DNA from: Candidatus Marinacidobacterales bacterium
GTDB taxonomy: Bacteria; Acidobacteriota; Vicinamibacteria; Marinacidobacterales; SMYC01
Assembly (NCBI GenBank): GCA_965237955.1
Contig: OZ250169.1
Span: 1,344,001-1,408,000, forward strand
DNA: 64,000 bases
Direction of reading: 5' to 3'
Below are positions 22,933 through 32,479 of the stretch, piece after piece. The notes under the pieces are model-generated. The model was given only the letters and a program-made list of their open reading frames with translations. It made no database searches and was not told the origin of the DNA. The position numbers and the translations under genes were made by a program. The number at the start of each line of letters is the position of its first letter. The stretch's first letter is position 1.

Positions 22933-24583
22933 GTGAAGGTTCTGTCATCGCTCAAAAACCGCGTGTTCCTCGCGTGCGCTTTCGTTGCCGTCCTCTCGAT
23001 TGGGCTCGGGACCCAACTCGTTACCACCCGGGTATCGTCTGAAGCCGAGGCGGAGCTCCAGCGGGGCCTCGAAGGAGCGGCGCAGCTGTTGGAGGAGCAC
23101 CTTCTCTCTCGCACCGAGACGCTCACCGCCATGGCGTGGCTCATCGCGGATTTGCCCAAGCTCAAAGCCGCGGTCGCCACCGGCGATCCGCCGACGGTGG
23201 CGCCGCTCGCGCACGAGTACATGGAACGCGTGGGATCGGACGTCATGGTCATCACCGACGAGAACGGGAGTGCTCTTGTTTCGCTCGGGATCAATGACGT
23301 CGATGTCGACGTCGCTCTACGTCACGAGCCGACGTACTTCCTTACGACCGAAGCAGGGGTTCTCGAGATGGTATCGCTTCCGATAACCATTGGACCGGAG
23401 CCCGCGGAGGAGCTCGGTACGTTGAGCGTCGGATTTTTTCTGAACGACGCGCTGGCGGCGGAGCTCGGTGCTGACCCAAAGCGAGGTCGTTTTCAAATCC
23501 GGGGGCCGAGGCGACATCATCGCCTCGACGCTTGCGGATCGCGGCGATGACGATGAGTATGCTTCGGTCGTACGATCGCTCGGGCCGGATGGACCTAAGG
23601 CAGAGCTCTTGCGCTCGCGGACCGCTCGTCTCTCGTTTCTAGATACCTTCCCCGCGAAGGTCTCGTGCTCTCGGCACTCTTCGGAGTCCTTCTCGCGATC
23701 TTGTTGAGCTACGCGGTGGCCCGGACGGTTACCAGGCCGCTCCTCGCGATCACCGAGACCATGCGGGAGATCACGTCGACCCACGATCTCGCACGCAAAA
23801 TAGAGCTTCGCGGGCGGTGGATCGACGAGGACGCGACGGTGCTCGCGAGCACCTTCAACCGCCTCACCGACTCCATTGCGCGATTCCAGAGAGAAGTCGC
23901 TTCCAAAGAGCGTCTGTCCGCGCTCGGTCGCATGTCCACGGTGATTCGCTCACGAGATTCGCAACCCGTTGATGATCATCAAAGCCTCCCTCAGGAGCTT
24001 TCGGCGTCCCGAGCTCACCGCCGACGTCCGCGAAGCGGCCGAGGACATCGACCACGAAGTTGTCCGGCTCAACCGTATCGTCGGCGACGTGCTGGATTTC
24101 GCGCGGCCACTGCAGCTCGACCTTCATCCGACGGACCTCAATGCTGTTTGTCGCCAAGCCGCGGAAGCGGTGACGATTGACGTTGAGGATACCGCGCTGC
24201 GGCTTGAGCTGAGCCTCGACTCCGAGCTTCCCGAAGTCGTGACCGACAGCGAGCGACTTCGCATCGCGCTCGTGAACATCCTCACGAACGCGCGCGACGC
24301 GGTCCACGAGAAGTCTTCGAACGGTGAGCCCGATATCGAGCTCGAGACCAAGAGCGTGGGAAAAGACAAGATTGCCATTTTGGTGCGCGATCGCGGGGAC
24401 GGTATCCCGCCGGAGAATCTTCCGAAGATCTTCGAGCCCTACTTCACCGGCAAACGCACCGGAACCGGTCTCGGGCTCGCGATTACGAAGAACATCATCG
24501 AGTCCCTCGGCGGAACGGTGACCGCGAAGAGCTCTCCGTCCCAAGGGACCGAGATACGGGTCGATTTATTCGTCGGTAACTGA
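22933..24583 (+). pseudogene. Sensor histidine kinase (HAMP-HisKA-HATPase) split by three frameshifts
   Basis: Pieces at 22933, 23468, 23665 and 23969; AHEIRNPL appears after the shift at about 23947; NILTNA, DRGDG and GTGLGL motifs. Confidence 0.85.
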
Positions 24584-24586
24584 ACT

Positions 24587-25963
24587 ATGGAAACTCGCGG
24601 GAGCGTCCTTCTCGTCGACGACGAAGAGCGCATTCTCAAGACTTTGAGTCGAGCGCTCCGCGACGACGGCCACGACGTCGTCGTCGCATCGAGCGGCGAG
24701 AGGGCGCTCGCACTGCTCAATGAGCGAGGTTTCGATCTTCTCGTCGTCGACCACCGCATGCCGAAGCTCTCCGGCCTCGAGCTCATCCGGAAGGTCGTCG
24801 ACCCCGACATGGATGATGCAACCGATGCCCAACGTCCCGCCATCGTGATGATGACGGCCCACGCCACGGTCGAGAGTGCTATCGAAGCGATGAAGCTCGG
24901 CGCTTCCGATTACCTTCAGAAACCATTCGACGTGGAAGAGCTGCTCGTGGTCGCTCGACGAGCTCTCGAGCACCGAAAGCTTCGCACCGAGCATCAATAC
25001 CTCCTGAACGAGCAGAAAACGCAATTCAACGACTATGGCATCGTGGGCTCGAGCACTGAGATCCGCGACGTGATCGACAAATTGGGCCGCGTCGCCCAAT
25101 CGAAGAGCACGGTGCTCATCATGGGGGAGACGGGCACCGGGAAAGAGCTCGTGGTGCGGGCCATCCACGATCGAAGTGCGGAGCGGGACATGCCCCTCAT
25201 CAAAGTGAACTGCGCGGCGATTCCCGAGACGCTTCTGGAATCGGAGCTCTTCGGTCACCTGAAGGGCGCGTTCACGAACGCGACCGCGAACAAGAAAGGC
25301 AAGTTCTCACTGGCACACGGCAGCTCGATTTTTCTGGACGAAATCGGGCTGATGAGCTTGTCGCTTCAAGCCAAGCTTCTACGGGTACTTCAAGAACGGG
25401 AGTTCGAGCCTTTGGGAGCGGAGACCACCGAGAAGGTCGACGTTCGCGTCATTGCCGCCACCAATCGAAACTTGCCGAAGATGATGGCGACGGGGGAGTT
25501 TCAAGAAGATCTCTACTACCGTTTGAGTGTCATCCCCATCGAGATCCCGCCGCTTCGCGAACGGCGCGAAGACATTCCCGGTCTCGTCGAGCACTTCATC
25601 GACAAACACCGTCGGCGAGCCGGCAAGCACATCGAGGGCGTCGCGGACGACGCGCTCGCCCTGCTGAGCGCCTATGACTGGCCCGGCAATGTCCGGGAGC
25701 TCGAGAACACCATCGAGAGAGCCGTCGTGCTCTCCGGGGGGCTGGTGATTGGGCTCGAGACGGTCTCCCTTCTCGACGCCGGCGTCGCGAAGCCAGGGGG
25801 GCTGCCATCGGCAAAGCTCCACGACAACGTAGAATGGGTCGAAAAAGAGTCCATTCACCGCGCGCTCGAAAAAGCCCAGGGCGTCAAGAAAGCGGCGGCG
25901 GAAACGCTCGGGATCAGCCAACGCGCGTTGAGCTATTATTTAAAGAAGTTCGATTTCGACTAA
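24587..25963 (+). CDS. Sigma-54-dependent response regulator (NtrC/AtoC type)
   Basis: REC domain (VDDE, DHRMP); GETGTGKE, GAFTNA and WPGNVRELEN; Fis HTH. Confidence 0.95.
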   Translation: METRGSVLLVDDEERILKTLSRALRDDGHDVVVASSGERALALLNERGFDLLVVDHRMPKLSGLELIRKVVDPDMDDATDAQRPAIVMMTAHATVESAIEAMKLGASDYLQKPFDVEELLVVARRALEHRKLRTEHQYLLNEQKTQFNDYGIVGSSTEIRDVIDKLGRVAQSKSTVLIMGETGTGKELVVRAIHDRSAERDMPLIKVNCAAIPETLLESELFGHLKGAFTNATANKKGKFSLAHGSSIFLDEIGLMSLSLQAKLLRVLQEREFEPLGAETTEKVDVRVIAATNRNLPKMMATGEFQEDLYYRLSVIPIEIPPLRERREDIPGLVEHFIDKHRRRAGKHIEGVADDALALLSAYDWPGNVRELENTIERAVVLSGGLVIGLETVSLLDAGVAKPGGLPSAKLHDNVEWVEKESIHRALEKAQGVKKAAAETLGISQRALSYYLKKFDFD

Positions 25964-25976
25964 AGAGGTCCGCCAT

Positions 25977-27317
25977 ATGAAAATTCTCGGGAGCATACTG
26001 CTCATGACGTTGACGGTAGCGACGGGGGCGTCCGCCCGAGTGTTTCCTTATCCCATCGATGTCCACGATTTCGACAACGGCGTTCGCCTCGTGGGCGTCC
26101 AGTTCGATAGCCCCGGGCTCGCGGCGTACTACACCGTGGTCCGCGTCGGGGCGCGACAAGAAGTGGACGAGGGGAAAAGCGGCTTTGCCCACTTCTTCGA
26201 GCACATGATGTTTCGGGGCACCGAGGCGTTTCCCGAAGATGAGTACAACGCCGTCCTCCGCGACATCGGCGCGGACTCGAACGCTTATACGTCTTCGGAT
26301 CGAACCGTCTACCACGTCCTCGCGAGCTCCCGCTCTCTCCCTCGCATCATCGAGATCGAGGCGGACCGGTTCCAGAACCTGAAATACGCCAAAGCGGATT
26401 TCGAGAAAGAAGCAGGCGCTGTGCTCGGTGAGTACAACAAGAGTGCCGCGAACCCGTTCATGGGTTTGTACGAAAAGCTCCAGGACACGGCGTACGACGT
26501 GCACCCGTACCAACACATGGTGATCGGATTTCTCAAGGATATCAAGGCGATGCCGACGTTGTACGACTACAGCCTCGAGTTCTTCGATCGGTACTATCGT
26601 CCGGAGTACGTAACGATTCTCGTCGTCGGGGACTATGACTGAGACGAGCTCGTGAAGGACGTTGAAGTTAAGTACGGTGATTGGGAGCGGGGCGGATACG
26701 TACCGAAGATTCCGGCCGAGCCTCCGCAAACTGCGCCCCGGGAAGCGAGCGTCGAGTGGCCCGCGCCCACGCTACCGATTCTGGCCATCGCTTACCGTGC
26801 GCCCGCTTTCAGCACCGACCAGCTCGACATGCCGGGTCTCGACGTGCTGTCTCAAGTACATTTCGGCTCTACGTCGCCGATTTATCAAGAGCTCGTGATC
26901 GAGAAGCAGTGGGTGGACTTCATTCAGGCAGGAGCAACCGATCAAGCAGACCCGCCGCTGTTCACCATCCTCACGCGCGTGCGCGAGCCGGACAAGCTCG
27001 CTGAGGTCGAAGCGAAGCTCCTGGCGGAGGTCGATCGCATTTCTTCGGAGCTTGCCGAGGATGAGAAGCTCGAGGCGACCAAAAGCCACATGAAATATCA
27101 GTTCCTCATGGGGCTCGACATCGCGAACGCGGTGGCCAACACGATGGCGCACTACCTGTCGCTGACCAACGACCCCCAGACGGTGAACCGTGTCTACGAG
27201 CTGTACGACAGCGTCACTGCCGAAGACGTGCGCCGGCTGGCCAAGAAATACTTCCGTGCCGACAGCCGCACCATCGTGACCCTGGAGCAAGGCGCGGACG
27301 TGAAGGGAGAAGAGTAG
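25977..27317 (+). pseudogene. M16 zinc peptidase interrupted by an in-frame TGA at 26640-26642
   Basis: HFFEHMMFRGT; ORFs 25977 and 26652 are in the same frame (VVGDYD*DELVKDV). Confidence 0.85.
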
Positions 27318-27319
27318 AG

Positions 27320-27979
27320 ATGGTGCGCGGATTTGCGGTCGTCTTGGTGCTTTGTGTTCTCGGCGCTGCCGCCCGTATTGCTGTCGGCGCCGAGCGCGAT
27401 ACCGTGCTCGTGAAGAGCCCGGGAAATCCATTGGTGAGCTTTCGTTTCGTCTTTCACGTCGGCTCGAGCCAGGACCCGCCCGGTAAGGAAGGGCTCGCGG
27501 CGCTCACCGCCAAGATGTTGAGTCAGGGCGGGACCGAAGAGATGTCGATGCGCGAGGTCATGGAGTTTCTCTATCCGATGGCGGCGCGGGTTTCGGCCCA
27601 GCCCGACAAAGAGGTCACGACGTTCATCGGCCGTGCCCATCGCGACCATCTCGAGGAGTTCTACTCGGTCTTCCGCGATCGCCTTCAGAAGCCTCGTTTC
27701 GACCCCGAGGATTTTGAGAGGAACAAAGACGCGCTCCTCAACTTTCTACAAAAATCTCTTCGGAGCTCTGACGACGAGGAGTTGGGGAAACACTCACTCG
27801 AGTGGGTGATGTACGACGGCCATCCCTACAAACACCCGGTGGAAGGTACTGTCCAAGGCGTCGAGTCGATTACCCTCGATTACTATACAAAGTTAGGCTT
27901 TTCGCCAGCCCATAAGATTCATAAGATTCATGCACTTAGAAGGGTTTCGGCAAGCTCTGCTTTATCTAGTTTGTTCTGA
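27320..27979 (+). pseudogene. M16 partner subunit truncated at about 27880
   Basis: GKEGLAALTAKMLSQGGT and HPYKHPVEGT motifs; similarity ends at SITLD, followed by AT-rich sequence. Confidence 0.82.
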
Positions 27980-27988
27980 TACAGGGGA

Positions 27989-28531
27989 CTAGTTCTTCTT
28001 GTCCCTCTTGAACAACTCGTAAGCTGCACCGCTCGCAGCCCCGATGGCGGCCCCGACCGCTGCACCTTTCTTGCCCTTGGCCATCGCTCCGATCCCGGCG
28101 CCGGCACCCGCGGCTCCACCGATGACGACCGCGCTTTGTTTCCACGAGCGGGAATCATCCGCGTCGTCGATTTCGACGGCGTCGACGGCCGACTCCGGCA
28201 TGTTCACTTCCGGCTCGGGCGGCGGCGGTGCAAGAGCGACGACCGGCGCGTGAGCTCGAGGTGCGGGGTGCGAGACGACGTCGGTTCGTCGCTCGTCCTC
28301 GATTTCGACGCAGCGGACTTTGAACGACGTCGTTCCGTCCACGTCGAGGGGCGCCAGAAGTGGCTCACGACCCTCGCCGCAATCGACCTGATGCAGAGGG
28401 GGAGCCGATTCGAGCGCGGTCTCGAGCTCGGAAGCGGCTGGCTCAGGACGAGCGCCCGAGCCCGACACGAAGCTCCCGAGCGCAAGTCCGAGGGCGAAAA
28501 TTCCTGCTATCCAAGCACCTAGTGTTTTCAT
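27989..28531 (-). CDS. Glycine-zipper (YMGG-like) exported/membrane protein
   Basis: C-terminal GGAAGAGAGIGA..KGAAVGAAIGA; N-terminal TM. Confidence 0.8.
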   Translation of the reverse strand: MKTLGAWIAGIFALGLALGSFVSGSGARPEPAASELETALESAPPLHQVDCGEGREPLLAPLDVDGTTSFKVRCVEIEDERRTDVVSHPAPRAHAPVVALAPPPPEPEVNMPESAVDAVEIDDADDSRSWKQSAVVIGGAAGAGAGIGAMAKGKKGAAVGAAIGAASGAAYELFKRDKKN

Positions 28532-28568
28532 CGTCCGTCTCCTTTCACAGCTTTTACCCCTGAGAAAG

Positions 28569-28583
28569 GCAAACGGAGTGCCA
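28569..28583 (-). promoter_or_regulatory. Sigma-54 -24/-12 promoter with an IHF-like site at 28602-28614
   Basis: Minus strand TGGCAC-TCCGT-TTGC; AGTCAACGAGTTG resembles WATCAANNNNTTR. Confidence 0.7.
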
Positions 28584-28670
28584 GTTGACTAAGTACTTAC
28601 AAGTCAACGAGTTGCTCCACGAAGCGTGATCGCAATCACCTCCGCGGATGTCCTCTGTGAGGGACAGCCG

Positions 28671-29192
28671 TTACCGGTTCAAGAACGGGTTGAACATCGG
28701 TATCGAAGAGCCGCACTGCCGTGCGCTCACGATGTTCTCGTAGACTTCCTTCGACACAGACGGGCCCGGTCGCGAGCAGTGTTTTTCAAAAGCCTCGACC
28801 AGGTTTTGCGCCACCATCTCTTCGTTCATCATTTCGATGTGCCGCCGCTCGAGCATGTGGACGAGCTCGCCATCTTTGAAGAGAGCGATCGCCGGGGATG
28901 ATGGAGGCACGTCGACCATGTGTTGACGGGCACGCTCGGTCGCGTCCCTGTCGACGCCGGCGAAGACGGTTTTCAAGTTGTCGGGAATGACCGAGCTCTG
29001 GAGCGCTCGGGTAACCCCAGGTCGTGCCGAGCCGGCCGCGCACCCGCACACCGAATTGACGATCATCAGGGTCGTGCCGCTATCTTTGAGAGCTCGGTCG
29101 ACGACGACGCCGGTTTTGAGAGGGTCCACGCCGCACTGAGCGAGCTCTTCCCACATCGGTCGTACGGCTTCCGGATCGTATAAAGGTTGCAT
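28671..29192 (-). CDS. BrxA/BrxB family bacilliredoxin
   Basis: VNSVCGCAAGSARP, TVFAGVD and PPSSPAIALFKDG motifs. Confidence 0.93.
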   Translation of the reverse strand: MQPLYDPEAVRPMWEELAQCGVDPLKTGVVVDRALKDSGTTLMIVNSVCGCAAGSARPGVTRALQSSVIPDNLKTVFAGVDRDATERARQHMVDVPPSSPAIALFKDGELVHMLERRHIEMMNEEMVAQNLVEAFEKHCSRPGPSVSKEVYENIVSARQCGSSIPMFNPFLNR

Positions 29193-29256
29193 GCTTTTTC
29201 CCTCCGTTCCCTCAGTAAATTTAGCACAGTACGCGGCGGAGCGGTAATTGACGCCA

Positions 29257-29285
29257 GCTGGTGACTGGGAACTGGAGACTAGCTG
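29257..29285. repeat. Heptamer repeat CTGGTGA CTGGGAA CTGGAGA upstream of the tRNA
   Basis: Read directly. Confidence 0.5.
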
Positions 29286-29315
29286 AACGTGAGTTATACT
29301 GATTAATTCCCGGTC

Positions 29316-29390
29316 GGGCGGTTAGCTCAGCGGGAGAGCACCTGGTTTACACCCAGGTGGTCACAGGTTCAAATCCTGTACCGCCCACCA
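29316..29390 (+). tRNA. trnV: tRNA-Val (anticodon TAC)
   Basis: Acceptor GGGCGGT/ACCGCCC; anticodon arm CCTGG-TTTACAC-CCAGG; GGTTCAAATCC T-loop; encoded CCA. Confidence 0.97.
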
Positions 29391-29446
29391 AGGTCAGTAA
29401 CCGCGCCGACAAAATCGAATAGACAGCGAAGATCCAGTTAGTATCC

Positions 29447-31021
29447 GTGACGAAACGATCGGTTCCCAACAGGAAGATTTTTCCGAGCGCGCTAGCTCAG
29501 ATGCTCGTCATCGTCATTGGCCTCGCCGCCGTGGCGGTTGCGCAAACACCGCCGTCCGCCGCGGTTAGTTTTACCAACGTCACCGGTGAGTCGGGGTTCG
29601 TGAGCCTTCGAGATCTTGGTGGGCACGGCATCCAGGTTGCCGATATCGACGGCGATGGTCTTTTGGACGTGTACGTCACTCACATTTTCGATCCAAAACA
29701 AAACCGGCCCGACTTGTTGTTCCGAAACCTTGGTGGGAGTCCGCAGCGGTTCGAGGAAATCGGACTCGTCGCCGGCGTCGCCGACGACGGGTTCTTTCCG
29801 CTGACGCTCGAAGATGGCACCGTCGAGGAGTTCTCGGAGGAATCGCACGCGGCGGTGTTCGCGGATTTCGACAACGACGGCGACCTCGATCTGTTCAATG
29901 GGCACACGTGGAGCGGTCACCACCGGCTCTATCGCAACGACGGCGGAGCGCGCTTCGTCGACATTTCGGATAGCGCAGGTATCGACGTCCGCGACCTCGG
30001 TCCTCGGGGTGTTGCCGCGGCGGATTTGGACGGCAACGGTTTTCTCGACATCATCGTCACCGCGTGGGAAGGCTTCATCCCGAACGTCTACATGAACCTC
30101 GGCGGACTCCGCTTCGAGCGGCAGCGACTACAGGGCGACGCGAGCGCGGACTTTGCCAACCAAGGTCTGAGCGTCGTGGACATCACCCGCAACGGGAAAC
30201 CGGATCTCGCGCTGAGCGCATTCGAGTTCGTGCCGGGGGTCGGGGTCGGCCCGATTGCGATCCTCGCGAATCAGTCCGGGCGGCTCGTTGAGAAAACGGG
30301 GTTCACCGGGCTCGAGTACGAACAGACCACGAGCGATTTTCGCGGGACCAACGGGTACAGCTTTCAGGACATCGACAACGACGGCGATCTCGACGTCGTC
30401 ATCACCGGGTTTCACGGGTCGAAGCTCTACCGCAACAACGGTGAAGGTCGCTTCCATTTGGTGCGACGGTTCGATGGCTTGCACTACACGGCGGCGTTCG
30501 GTGACGTCGATAACGACGGTGACCTCGACCTTTATCTCGCCGGAAGTACCGGAGTTCATTTGAACGACGGCGCCGGAGCCTTCACTTTCCAGGATGGTGG
30601 GCTGACCGGCATCGGCGAGGATGCCCGTTCCGCGGTTTTCGCGGATATGGATAACGACGGCGCGCTCGATCTACTCGTAGCCAGCAAGCAGGGCCCCAAC
30701 ACGTTTTTCCGCAACAACGGTGCGGCGGGCGGATGGCTCGGTGTTGCCGTGACCGCTCCCAATGGCGAAAAAGGCGCGATGGGTGCGGAAGTCACGCTGA
30801 CTCAGGGAGGCAGCGTGGTGGGCTATCGAGTCGTGCAATCGTCCACCGGGTATTGCAGCCAGGACCCTTCCAGGCTTCATTTCGGGGTGGGTTCAGGCGC
30901 CACGTACGATCTACGCGTGCGCTTCCCGAATGGCGTCGAAGTGACCCGTACCGGGGTGAGCCCCGGCCAGGTCGTTACGATCGGTGGTGCCCCGCCACCG
31001 AGCTCGACGATACCCGAGTAG
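29447..31021 (+). CDS. CRTAC1-like FG-GAP repeat protein with ASPIC/UnbV domain
   Basis: Repeated DxDxDGxxD motifs; C-terminal GYCSQDPSRLHFG. Confidence 0.9.
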   Translation: MTKRSVPNRKIFPSALAQMLVIVIGLAAVAVAQTPPSAAVSFTNVTGESGFVSLRDLGGHGIQVADIDGDGLLDVYVTHIFDPKQNRPDLLFRNLGGSPQRFEEIGLVAGVADDGFFPLTLEDGTVEEFSEESHAAVFADFDNDGDLDLFNGHTWSGHHRLYRNDGGARFVDISDSAGIDVRDLGPRGVAAADLDGNGFLDIIVTAWEGFIPNVYMNLGGLRFERQRLQGDASADFANQGLSVVDITRNGKPDLALSAFEFVPGVGVGPIAILANQSGRLVEKTGFTGLEYEQTTSDFRGTNGYSFQDIDNDGDLDVVITGFHGSKLYRNNGEGRFHLVRRFDGLHYTAAFGDVDNDGDLDLYLAGSTGVHLNDGAGAFTFQDGGLTGIGEDARSAVFADMDNDGALDLLVASKQGPNTFFRNNGAAGGWLGVAVTAPNGEKGAMGAEVTLTQGGSVVGYRVVQSSTGYCSQDPSRLHFGVGSGATYDLRVRFPNGVEVTRTGVSPGQVVTIGGAPPPSSTIPE

Positions 31022-31054
31022 CTGAGTCGGTGACGGGGTGCCGCGCCAGGCCCC

Positions 31055-32068
31055 TTAGGGTTGTCTCACCCCAATCGTTACATTCGAGTACGTCACGTGC
31101 TCCAGCGTTTCCGATCGGGGCGCCATACCGAGCTCGACCCAGTGGGTGGCTGGGCGGTAGAGGTTGTCGTAGTTGCGCGCCATGATCTCTCGGCCGTCGA
31201 GAATGACGCGCGCGCGCTGGCTGGACACGATCGACGGAAACGCGCCCCACGCCAGGCGGAAGTGGTAGCTCCGGTTCGGATCCCAATCGAACAAGTCGAT
31301 CCCGGTGTTGGTCTCCTGTCCGTTCGAGATGAAACGCAGTCGCATGTGCCAACGGTTGACGAGGCGCGTATCGAACTTCGCAATGTGCACGCGGAACGGG
31401 TTCTCGGTGTAGTCGCCGCGCGAGGGATCCCACATGATCACGAGGTTGCGTTTGTTCGAGTTCGGATTGGGGTTGCGCAAGCCCTTCACGTCGAACTCGA
31501 CGAAGCCGTTGACGGTCGTCGGGATCCGGTACCGAATCGAGGAGTTCGCGTCCGTGGTGAACCAGCCTCCGGCGCGAAACTCGCCGCCTCCGACGTCGCC
31601 CACCGACATACCGTTCGTGAGCGGATCGAACACGAGAATATTGTCGACCGGCGTGTCCGAGCTGAAACCGGACTCGATCTCGAAGCTCGTGACGGTGGAG
31701 TAAGGACCGTCGGCACCTTCCGCGGAAGCCCGCGCGCGCCAGTTGAACGTTCCCGACTGCAATGCCGGGGCGACGATCCACGACGTGGTCCCTGCGCCCT
31801 CGGGGAGGTTGTCCGCGGCGGCGACAATACTAGAAAAGCCCGAATCGCTAGCCACTTCGAAACGATAGCGAAGACCGCTTGCGCCGGTTGCATTGACCAC
31901 CGTCAGCGCGGGTGTCGGGTCGGTGACGGTCGACCCGCTCGCGGGTGAGCGGGGTGTCGGTGCCGTGATCGTTGGTGATGTGCTCGTCGGCTCATTCGAT
32001 CCGCACGCGGCGCAAAAAAGTAAGCAGGCTGCCGCGGAGGCCGCAAACAAGAGTGCTTGTCTATTCAC
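31055..32068 (-). CDS. Lipoprotein with an Ig/FnIII-like domain and a beta-sandwich domain
   Basis: Lipobox CAAC; YRFEVASDSGF..NWRARA; beta-rich C-terminal domain. Confidence 0.75.
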   Translation of the reverse strand: MNRQALLFAASAAACLLFCAACGSNEPTSTSPTITAPTPRSPASGSTVTDPTPALTVVNATGASGLRYRFEVASDSGFSSIVAAADNLPEGAGTTSWIVAPALQSGTFNWRARASAEGADGPYSTVTSFEIESGFSSDTPVDNILVFDPLTNGMSVGDVGGGEFRAGGWFTTDANSSIRYRIPTTVNGFVEFDVKGLRNPNPNSNKRNLVIMWDPSRGDYTENPFRVHIAKFDTRLVNRWHMRLRFISNGQETNTGIDLFDWDPNRSYHFRLAWGAFPSIVSSQRARVILDGREIMARNYDNLYRPATHWVELGMAPRSETLEHVTYSNVTIGVRQP

Positions 32069-32236
32069 GAAGTTGTCCTCCTGCAGACCGAGGGGAGTCT
32101 GCCGATTGAGTCCTGTTGTTGCGGCTTCTGGGGATCGCTTTCGTCGAGAGCAAAAGCGAAATCTAGCACAACTGCCCGGTTTCGGCCAAGAGGACCGGTT
32201 TTACCAGATGTTAAATCGGTGTTAAGTATCTATAAT

Positions 32237-32458
32237 CGCTCTACCTACACGCTGTCGGCGCGGTCGTTCGTTGCGGCGCTGCTGCAATACAACACGTCGA
32301 ACAGCTCGCTGTCGATGAACCTGCGCTACCGCTGGGAATATCAGCCGGGGAGTGGATATGTCGTCTATACCGATGGGCGGGACACCACGGGTATTGGATA
32401 TCCCGACCTTCGGAACCAGAGCTTTGTCGTGAAATTCACGAGACTGTTTCGCTTCTGA
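32237..32458 (+). pseudogene. Orphan C-terminal fragment of a DUF5916 paralog
   Basis: LQYN..NLRYRWEYQPGS..VVKFTRLFRF aligns with the C-terminus of the next gene. Confidence 0.85.
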
Positions 32459-32479
32459 CGCCGCTGACCCGATGACACG

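Noticed and set aside
29316-29450. tRNA-Val as an integration site for an island
   Set aside because: I saw no integrase, no duplicated tRNA 3' end and no obvious composition shift
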